NCBI GenBank assembly: GCA_944346885.1
Contig: CALVMR010000022.1
Span: forward strand, 5,924-69,923
Direction of reading: 5' to 3'
Origin: an uncultured Clostridia bacterium
GTDB lineage: Bacteria > Bacillota > Clostridia > Christensenellales > Borkfalkiaceae
DNA length: 64,000 nt
Positions 56,888-64,000 of this stretch are shown here, piece by piece (positions within the stretch are counted from its first letter, which is position 1; each line of letters starts with the position of its first letter). The notes under the pieces are model-generated. The model searched no databases. It saw only the letters and a program-made list of their open reading frames with translations, and was not told where the DNA came from. The position numbers and the translations under genes were made by a program.

Positions 56888-56989
56888 ACCGATCTCCCGC
56901 GCGCCCTTCAAGCTCCTCCGCTTCGGCGCGCCGAACGCCGCGGCGAAGCGCCGCGGCGAAAACACATCGCTTTTTCCTATTCCGCCGCC

Positions 56990-59785
56990 CTATGCAAGCG
57001 GTTCGGTTTTTCCCTTTTTGCGGCAAACGAGCCTGCCGATCAATTTGTAGATCTCCACCGCCAAGAGCGGGAACAGGGCGAGCGCGATGCTCGTGAGCCA
57101 CTCCTGCCAAGTGAGGTCGTTGGTAAGTTTGAAGAACCCGTACACGCCCGGCACGAGCACGACGATCAGCACGATCGCCAGCGATACGGCAATGGCGCCC
57201 CACAGATACGGGTTGTGCCCCTGCCCGCGCTTAAAGACGGAATCGGTGTTCGACCGCTGGTTGAGCGCGTGCGCCAACTGCGAAACGGAGAGCACGATAA
57301 AGGTCATCGTCATCGCGCGCGTGTGCACCAGCTCGTGCGGCAGCCCCTCGCCCGCAAACGCAAAAGTGCCCAACAGATACGCCGCCCACGCCGCCGCCGA
57401 AATGAACAGGCCGTGCACGGCGATCCGTACGACCATGCCCTTATCGAACAGCGTTCCACTCTTGACGGGCGGGTGTTTCATGATGTTCGCGCTGGCGGGA
57501 TCGACGCCCAGCGCCACGGCGGGCAGCGAATCGGTAGCAAGATTGATGAGCAGGATGTGCACCGCCTCGATGGGCATTTCCGAAAGCCCCACGCACACGG
57601 CGATGAACAGGATGAGGATCTCGGCGATGTTGCCCGCCACAAGGAATTGGATGACCTTTTGGATGTTGCGGTACACGCGCCGCCCCTCGCGGATCGCGCT
57701 TTCGATGGTGGCAAAGTTATCGTCGAGCAAGATCATATCCGCCGCGTCTTTGGCGACGTCTGTGCCCGTGATGCCCATCGCCACGCCGATATCCGCCTCT
57801 TTGAGGGCGGGAGAATCGTTTACGCCGTCTCCCGTCATGGCGGCAACTTCTCCGCCGGCGCGGATGGCGCGGATGATGCGCAGCTTATCCGACGGCGAAA
57901 CGCGCGCGAACACGACGCAGTTTTTGACCGCCTCTTTGAGCTGCTCGTCGTCCATCGCATTGAGTTCGGCGCCGGAGATCACGGTATTCCCCTCGCGGAA
58001 AATGTGCAGCTCGCGCGCGATCGCCATGGCGGTGATCTTGTGGTCGCCCGTGATCATGACCACGCGGATGCCCGCCGTATGGCACGCCTCCACCGCTTGG
58101 ATGACCTCCTTGCGGGGCGGGTCGATCATGCCCGTAACGCCGACAAAGGTGAGCTGCTCTTCGATATCCGCCCCCTCGTCTTCGGGCGCGGCGGCAAGCC
58201 CGCGCACGGCAAAACCGAGCACGCGCAGCGCCTTTTCGCTCATTTTCGCCGTCAAAGCCAGCACGCGCGCGCGGTCCTCCTCGGTGATGGGGCGAACGCC
58301 CTGCGCGGTGCGGATGTGCGTGCAAAGCGGCAGCATTTCGTCTACGGCGCCCTTGGTATAGGCGACGAGCTTCCCGCCCATGTCGTTGACGACGCTCATG
58401 CGCTTGCGGTCGGAATCGAAGGGCTGTTCGAACAGCCGCTCGTGTTTTTCTTCGTATTCTTCGGGGTCGATGCCCATGCTCTGGGCAAAGAGCACCAGCG
58501 CGCCCTCGGTAGGGTCGCCCAAAATGTTGCCGGGCGTATCGGGGTCGAGCTTGGCGTTGACGCACAGCGCGCAGCCGTCCAAAAGATCGCGGTACACGTC
58601 CTGCGCGTACTTGCCCGCAAGGGAAGAGACGGGCGTCTCCTGCCCTGCCGCAAAATCGTCTCCGACGGCGACGCAGGTCACCGTCATTTTATTGAGGGTG
58701 AGCGTGCCCGTTTTGTCGCAGCAGACGACGGAGGCGCTGCCCAGCGTTTCCACGGCGGGCAGGCTCTTTACGAGCGCATTCTTCTTTGCCATGCGCTGCA
58801 CGCCCAGCGCCATGATGATGGTGCTCGTGGCGGGCAGCCCTTCGGGGATGATGGAAATGGCAAGCGAGATCGCCGTCATGATCATGGATACCCACTGCGT
58901 CCAATCGCGGATGAGGCTGATGCCCAAAACCAGCACGCACACGATCAGCCCGACGAGGCTGAGCATCTTGCCCACCGAATTGAGCTTGCGCTTGATGGGG
59001 GTATCGAAGTCGTCCTGTTCGTCCAAAAGGTCGGCGATCTTGCCCACTTCGGTATCCATGCCCGTGCCGACGACGTAGCCGCGCGCGTTGCCGTACATCA
59101 CGATGGAAGAGCTGTACGCCATGTTCACGCGGTCGCCCAAGGGCGCGTCTTCGGGCAGAACGGTCGGCCCGTCCTTTTCGGCGGGCACGCTCTCGCCCGT
59201 GAGCGCCGCTTCCTGCACCTTCATGTTGCTGTCTTCAATGATGCGGATATCGGCGGGCACGATGGCGCCGTCCTCCAAATAAATGAGGTCGCCGGGCACC
59301 AGCTCGCTTGCGGGCACCACGCTCTCCTCCCCCTCGCGCAGCACGCGCGCGGTGGGCGCCGTCATGTTTTTAAGTGCTTCGAGCGCGTTCGCCGCTTTCT
59401 TTTCCTGCACGACGCCGACGGTGGCGTTGAGCGCGATGACGACGAGGATGACGATGCACTCCGCCAGCCCCTCACGCTCGCCGCCGCCCGGATTGACGAA
59501 GTACATCACCAGCGAAAACACGGCGGCAACGAACAAAATGATGACCATGACGTCCGTCAGCTCTTCCCAGATCATCTTCCAAACGCTCTTGGGCTTTTTT
59601 TGGCGCAGGTTGTTTTTGCCGTACTTGGCAAGCCGCGCCGCCGCCTCCGCGTCGGAGAGCCCCTCTTCGCTCGTATCGAGCAGACGCGCCGTCTCCTCTA
59701 CCGAAAGAGAGTGCCATGGCTTGTGCGCAGGCTGCCCTTCTTCGGCTGCCTGCCGCACCGTTGGTTTGCTTTTTTTCTTTCCCAT
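56990..59785 (-). CDS. P2-type cation-transporting ATPase (Ca2+-type), second paralog
   Basis: Start set at ATG 59785 (MGKKKSKPTVRQ...). Motifs: TGES, IPEGLP, CCDKTGTLT, TGDH, GDGVNDSPAL. Confidence 0.88.
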   Translation of the reverse strand: MGKKKSKPTVRQAAEEGQPAHKPWHSLSVEETARLLDTSEEGLSDAEAAARLAKYGKNNLRQKKPKSVWKMIWEELTDVMVIILFVAAVFSLVMYFVNPGGGEREGLAECIVILVVIALNATVGVVQEKKAANALEALKNMTAPTARVLREGEESVVPASELVPGDLIYLEDGAIVPADIRIIEDSNMKVQEAALTGESVPAEKDGPTVLPEDAPLGDRVNMAYSSSIVMYGNARGYVVGTGMDTEVGKIADLLDEQDDFDTPIKRKLNSVGKMLSLVGLIVCVLVLGISLIRDWTQWVSMIMTAISLAISIIPEGLPATSTIIMALGVQRMAKKNALVKSLPAVETLGSASVVCCDKTGTLTLNKMTVTCVAVGDDFAAGQETPVSSLAGKYAQDVYRDLLDGCALCVNAKLDPDTPGNILGDPTEGALVLFAQSMGIDPEEYEEKHERLFEQPFDSDRKRMSVVNDMGGKLVAYTKGAVDEMLPLCTHIRTAQGVRPITEEDRARVLALTAKMSEKALRVLGFAVRGLAAAPEDEGADIEEQLTFVGVTGMIDPPRKEVIQAVEACHTAGIRVVMITGDHKITAMAIARELHIFREGNTVISGAELNAMDDEQLKEAVKNCVVFARVSPSDKLRIIRAIRAGGEVAAMTGDGVNDSPALKEADIGVAMGITGTDVAKDAADMILLDDNFATIESAIREGRRVYRNIQKVIQFLVAGNIAEILILFIAVCVGLSEMPIEAVHILLINLATDSLPAVALGVDPASANIMKHPPVKSGTLFDKGMVVRIAVHGLFISAAAWAAYLLGTFAFAGEGLPHELVHTRAMTMTFIVLSVSQLAHALNQRSNTDSVFKRGQGHNPYLWGAIAVSLAIVLIVVLVPGVYGFFKLTNDLTWQEWLTSIALALFPLLAVEIYKLIGRLVCRKKGKTEPLA

Positions 59786-59971
59786 ACCGCGGAAAAGACC
59801 TCCCGATAAAAATTCGTAAAACGCAAAAAGACATAGCCGAGCGGGCAATGCGCCCCTGCGGTTATGCCTGTTTTTCCGTACGTATGATCGATTGTCGGTT
59901 ACTTGGGCCGGCTATACTACCGTCGGCTCCGTCCATGATCGCTGTTCCCCTTGTCCGAAAAATGCGTTTGT
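59786..59971 (-). promoter_or_regulatory. Long structured 5' leader with an internal intrinsic terminator (unclassified attenuator/riboswitch candidate)
   Basis: The leader is about 186 nt from the predicted start. The imperfect hairpin CAUAACCGCAGGGGC-GCAUU-GCCCGCUCGGCUAUG (59832-59866) is followed by UCUUUUUGCGUUUUACGAAUUUUU, then the GGGAGG RBS. Confidence 0.5.
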
Positions 59972-59977
59972 GCTGTC

Positions 59978-60006
59978 ATTATACCGTATCGCGGGGGCGA
60001 TGTCAA
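59978..60006 (-). promoter_or_regulatory. Consensus sigma-A promoter for the second P-type ATPase
   Basis: In minus sense, TTGACA-17 nt-TATAAT. Confidence 0.7.
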
Positions 60007-60052
60007 CCGGAATGCGTGCCTTTTGCCCGCCGCGGCAAAAAATTGCAGCCGT

Positions 60053-61273
60053 TCACTCTCCGACGATGCGCGCCGCCGCCATGGCGCGCGCTTCGGCGGC
60101 GCCCTGCGGCAGGTACAGCTCCTCCCCGTAGCGGCGCAGGCTCATCGCCCTGCCGCCCGCGTATACCTCCACGGCGGAACCGTCTATGTAAATATCCGCC
60201 GCGCCGCCCGCAAAGGGCATGGAGAGCGGCTTCTCCGCCGCGCCGCCCTGCCGCCGCACCGTAAGAACGCCGCCGCCCGCCGCAAAGCAAAGCGCTTCGC
60301 CCGCGGCGCCGCGCAGCGTAAGTTCCCCGCCCGAAAAGCGGATATGCGCGCGCGAAACAGGGTCTCCCGCCGCCAAAAGCTCCCCTTCCAGCTGCGAAAA
60401 CGCGGGTACGGGAGAAAAGACGGGCGTAAAACCGCGCAGTTTTGCAAAGCGCGGCATGGCGAGGCAGCCGCTGTACCCGCAGGGCACGGGCGCCGTTTCC
60501 GGCATCCAGCCGTACAGCACGGTGCCGCCCGAAGCGCTGCCCGAAAGATTGGTCGCGTAAAAAGCGTCGCCGTAGTCTGCCAAGCCCTCTTCCCGCACCG
60601 AAAGCGCGGCGCCGTCAAACTCGCCGCAGGCATAGTGCACGCCGTCGCCTCCCACCGAATACAGGAGCAGCATCTTGTTCCCGAACAGCGCCGCGTTGGG
60701 GCACTCTACGAGCGCGCCCTCCTTGCCGAACAGCTCTCCGACGTACGAAAAACGCTCTAAGTTTCCCTCATCCGCGTACAAAAACACGCACCCGCGCCCG
60801 CCGCGCTTGCCGGCGAGCAGCAAATACGTTTTGCCGCAAAACGAAAACAAAAAGGGATCGCGCCATTCCCGCACGGGGAACGGATTGACCTGCGCGCCGA
60901 TCACGGCGCGGCGGGTTATTGCGGTAAAATCTTTGTTTGCCGCGCACACCGCCTGCACCGCGCGCTCGGCGGCGGCGTTTGCGCCGAACCCGACCGACGT
61001 ATAGAGCAGTTTGTACCCGTCCGCATGCGGATACACGCAGCCGGAAAAGCAATGCTCCTCCCCCGCCTCGTGCCGCGGGGAGAGGCGGATGCCGCCGCGT
61101 TCCCAATTTACCAGATCGCGGCTGCGCGCATACGCCCAGTGGATGTTCCCCCATTCGCTGCCGAACGGGTTGTATTGATAAAACAGATGGTAGTACACCC
61201 CGTCGAACACGGTGCCGTTGGGATCGTTCATCCAGTTCTTTGCGGGCGCAAAATGATAGACGGGTCTTTGCAT
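60053..61273 (-). CDS. Glycoside hydrolase family 32 (beta-fructofuranosidase / sucrose-6-phosphate hydrolase-like)
   Basis: NWMNDPNG (nucleophile motif), WRDPF (RDP) and VECP (EC acid/base). Confidence 0.85.
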   Translation of the reverse strand: MQRPVYHFAPAKNWMNDPNGTVFDGVYYHLFYQYNPFGSEWGNIHWAYARSRDLVNWERGGIRLSPRHEAGEEHCFSGCVYPHADGYKLLYTSVGFGANAAAERAVQAVCAANKDFTAITRRAVIGAQVNPFPVREWRDPFLFSFCGKTYLLLAGKRGGRGCVFLYADEGNLERFSYVGELFGKEGALVECPNAALFGNKMLLLYSVGGDGVHYACGEFDGAALSVREEGLADYGDAFYATNLSGSASGGTVLYGWMPETAPVPCGYSGCLAMPRFAKLRGFTPVFSPVPAFSQLEGELLAAGDPVSRAHIRFSGGELTLRGAAGEALCFAAGGGVLTVRRQGGAAEKPLSMPFAGGAADIYIDGSAVEVYAGGRAMSLRRYGEELYLPQGAAEARAMAAARIVGE

Positions 61274-61453
61274 AGTCTTACTCCTCTTTTTATTATATCA
61301 GTTCCGAACAAAAAGAGCAAGCGCAATGCCCCGCCGCGGCGCACCTTTCCGCGCAAATGCCACGGTTTGCACGCATTTTTCCGAAAAAAACACCCCTGCC
61401 GCGCGCCGTTTGCCGCAAAAGCCCCCTCCGCCGCGGCGGAGGGGGCTGCCCGT

Positions 61454-63295
61454 TTAAACGCTTTCAAACTGCGAATTGTACAGGTCGGCATAGAAGCCGC
61501 CCGCCGCAAGCAGCCGTTCGTGGTCTCCCTTTTCAAGGATGTCTCCGTCCTTCATGACCAAGATCAGATCGGCGTTGCGGATGGTGGAGAGCCTGTGCGC
61601 GATGATAAAGGATGTGCGCCCCGCCGTCAGCGCGTCCATCGCCCTTTGAATGAGCTCTTCGGTGCGGGTATCGACGGAGGAAGTTGCCTCGTCTAAGATG
61701 AGCATGGGCGCGTTTTCGATCATGGCGCGGGCAATGGTGACCAGCTGTTTTTGCCCTGCGGAGAGGTTTGCCTTATCGTCTAAAACGGTATCGTACCCCT
61801 TGGGCAGCGTCTTTATGAAGTGGTGCAGCCCGACGGCGCGGCAGGCGCGTTCGACCTGTTCGTCGCTGACCCCTTTCTTTTCGTACACGATGTTTTCGCG
61901 GATGGTGCCTTCAAAGAGCCATGTATCCTGCAAGACCATGCAAAACAAATCGTGCACGTTTTCGCGGGTGAGCTCGCTCGTCGGGATGCCGTCGATGCGG
62001 ATGCAGCCGCCGTCCAGCTCGTAAAAGCGCATCAGCAGGTTGACCATCGTGGTCTTGCCCGCCCCGGTGGGACCGACGATGGCGATCTTTTGCCCCGCTT
62101 TTGCCGCGGCGGAAAAATCGCGGATGATGATCTTATCCGGGTCGTAGCCGAAGCGGACGTGCTCGAACGAGACGTCTCCGCGCACCTTGGAGGGATCCAA
62201 ATACGCCGTTTTGCCGCTCTCGTCGGCAAGCTGCGGCTGCTCTAAAAAGCGAAAGACCCGTTCGCCCGCCGCCGCGGCAGACTGGATGCTCGTAAACGCC
62301 TGCGCCAGCTGCGAAAGGGGCGAGGTAAACAGACGGACGTAGATCATAAAGGCGACGATCTCGCCCGATCCGACGGTTCCGTTTGCAAAGAGCACCGCCC
62401 CGACGACGCACACCGCCACATAGCCGAAATTGCCGATAAAATTCATCAGCGGCATCATGATGCCGGAGAGGAACTGCGATTTCCACGCGCTGGCGTACAG
62501 GCGGTAATTGATCTCGTTAAAGGCGTTTTTGACCTTGCGTTCGGCATTGTACGCTTTGACGACGTTGTGCCCCGCGTATGTCTCCTCGATGTGCCCGTTG
62601 AGCTCGCCCAAATACGTCTGTTGGCGCGCGAAATACTTTTGCGACCTGCCCATGATCAGGAACATGAACACGAAGCCGACGAGGCTTGCGCCGATGGCGG
62701 TAAGCGCCAAGATCCAATCGGTGACGAACATCATGATCACGCAGCCGAGCAGCATCACGGTGGCGGTGACGAGCGTGGAAACGGACTGGTTGAGCGTCTG
62801 CCCGATGGTATCCACGTCGTTGGTGACAAGAGAGAGCGTATCGCCCACCGTGTGCGAATCGTAGTATTTGAGGGGAAGGTCGTTGATCTTTTGCGAAACG
62901 GCGCGGCGCAGGTTGCGCGAATTTTTTTGCGTGACGCCCGCCATCAGCCAACTTTGCACAAACGAACACACCAGCGACGCGGCGTAGATGCCGAGCAGCA
63001 GAAAGCAATAAAAGAGTACCTTCTGCATATCCAATACAAGCCCTTCCGCGAGCGCGCCGTTTACCAAAAAGCTATCCTGAATGGTGTTGGTCAGCTCCTG
63101 TATGAGCGTGGGGCCCGCCACGCTGCAAACGGTGGCGAGCGCCGCAAACACGAGCGCGACGATCACGGGAAGATAAAAGGGCTTTAAAAAGGCGAGCAGG
63201 TTTTTTACGGCTTTGCCGAACTGTTCGGGCTTTTCCGCAACGCGCGGGCCGTGCCCCATCGGTCCGCGGCGGGGCGCATGACGGGTTTCACTCAT
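61454..63295 (-). CDS. ABC transporter, fused permease/ATP-binding protein (heterodimer partner B)
   Basis: Start set at ATG 63295 (MSETRHAP...), overlapping the upstream stop by 8 nt. Walker A GPTGAGKTT, signature LSAGQKQL, Walker B LILDEATSSVD. Confidence 0.85.
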   Translation of the reverse strand: MSETRHAPRRGPMGHGPRVAEKPEQFGKAVKNLLAFLKPFYLPVIVALVFAALATVCSVAGPTLIQELTNTIQDSFLVNGALAEGLVLDMQKVLFYCFLLLGIYAASLVCSFVQSWLMAGVTQKNSRNLRRAVSQKINDLPLKYYDSHTVGDTLSLVTNDVDTIGQTLNQSVSTLVTATVMLLGCVIMMFVTDWILALTAIGASLVGFVFMFLIMGRSQKYFARQQTYLGELNGHIEETYAGHNVVKAYNAERKVKNAFNEINYRLYASAWKSQFLSGIMMPLMNFIGNFGYVAVCVVGAVLFANGTVGSGEIVAFMIYVRLFTSPLSQLAQAFTSIQSAAAAGERVFRFLEQPQLADESGKTAYLDPSKVRGDVSFEHVRFGYDPDKIIIRDFSAAAKAGQKIAIVGPTGAGKTTMVNLLMRFYELDGGCIRIDGIPTSELTRENVHDLFCMVLQDTWLFEGTIRENIVYEKKGVSDEQVERACRAVGLHHFIKTLPKGYDTVLDDKANLSAGQKQLVTIARAMIENAPMLILDEATSSVDTRTEELIQRAMDALTAGRTSFIIAHRLSTIRNADLILVMKDGDILEKGDHERLLAAGGFYADLYNSQFESV

Positions 63296-64000
63296 GAGCG
63301 CGCACCTCCTTTCCCATCCCCGCAAGCTCCTCTTCCGAAAGCTGCGAACGGGCGATCTCGCGGTATACTTCGCAGGAGCGCATCAGCTCTTCGTGCGTGC
63401 CCTGCCCGACCGCTCTGCCCTCGTCGAGCACGACGATGCGATCCGCCTCGCGGATGGTGCCGATGCGCTGGGCGACGATGAGCGACGTGGCGCCGCCCGT
63501 CCGCTCTTTGAGCGCCGAGCGCAGGAGGCGGTCCGTTTTATAATCGAGCGCGGAAAAAGAATCGTCGAAGATATAAATTTCGGGCAGACGGTACACGGCG
63601 CGCGCAATGGCGAGGCGCTGCTTTTGCCCGCCCGAAAAATTGCTGCCGCCCTGCGCCACATGCGCCGCGATCCCCTCCTCCTTTTCCGCGATAAATTCCT
63701 GCGCCTGCGCGACGCCGAGCGCCTCCCGCACCCGCTCTTCGCTGTAAGCGAGCCCCGCCCTTTCGCCATAGGCTACGTTGCCCGCCACCGTGCCCGAAAA
63801 GAGCACGGCGCGCTGGGGCACGTACCCGATCTTATCGTGCAGGGCGGCGAGGGTGTATTCCTTTACGTTAACGCCGTCTACCAGCACCTCGCCCTCCGTG
63901 GCGTCGTAAAAGCGGGGCACGAGGTTGATGACCGTGGATTTACCGCTGCCCGTCGAGCCGATGAAGGCAACGATCTGCCCCGCTTCCGCCTTGAAGCTGA
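63288..64000 (-). CDS. ABC transporter, fused permease/ATP-binding protein (partner A). Only the C-terminal ATPase part is in the window.
   Basis: The reading frame stays open to the right edge. It shows FSGGQKQRLAIARA and IFDDSFSALD, and the Walker A region (GSTGSGKST, read from 63940-63970) is visible. Confidence 0.8.
   Translation of the reverse strand, partial: SFKAEAGQIVAFIGSTGSGKSTVINLVPRFYDATEGEVLVDGVNVKEYTLAALHDKIGYVPQRAVLFSGTVAGNVAYGERAGLAYSEERVREALGVAQAQEFIAEKEEGIAAHVAQGGSNFSGGQKQRLAIARAVYRLPEIYIFDDSFSALDYKTDRLLRSALKERTGGATSLIVAQRIGTIREADRIVVLDEGRAVGQGTHEELMRSCEVYREIARSQLSEEELAGMGKEVRAHE

Noticed and set aside
55769-59809. 1346-aa plus-strand ORF, the longest in the track
   Set aside because: It lies entirely antisense to the P-type ATPase (with complete P-type motifs) and the small membrane-protein genes. 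Its product is Arg/Gly/His/Ala-rich with no domain signatures, so it is a GC-rich shadow ORF.

Overview
This is a GC-rich Firmicutes/Clostridia-type chromosomal segment, transcribed almost entirely on the minus strand. The backbone is housekeeping:
- rpsB-tsf-pyrH-frr-uppS-cdsA-dxr-rseP, secA-prfB, metK, tsaD, and radC-gltX overlapping a two-component system
- nadA-nadB-nadC-niaR
- a sensory [FeFe]-hydrogenase cluster (2Fe-2S protein, HydS, PP2C phosphatase, group-B-like hydrogenase)
- two P2-type cation ATPases, each behind a long structured leader
- a GT2 synthase, a GH32 hydrolase, ABC exporters, and a tRNA-fMet/Met/Glu operon

Genes run off both window edges, and the supplied ORF track misses the left one entirely.

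The main accessory feature is a compositionally mosaic, AT-richer island at about 5.8-14.4 kb, next to tRNA-Glu, with no recombinase. It contains:
- a very AT-rich stand-alone palm-domain (GGDEF / class III cyclase / mCpol-like) gene, downstream of an AAA+ ATPase with a PD-(D/E)xK tail
- an XRE regulator with paired palindromic operators
- an atypical ATP-dependent restriction-modification-like operon: a half-methyltransferase lacking the NPPY catalytic motif, a full gamma-class N6A methyltransferase with an AT-rich recognition-domain cassette, and a GIY-YIG + SF2 helicase + Tudor-like protein
- a small GIY-YIG-like orphan gene

I found no rRNA, CRISPR array, transposase or integrase. All calls come from reading the sequence and from remembered family motifs. 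No searches were run.
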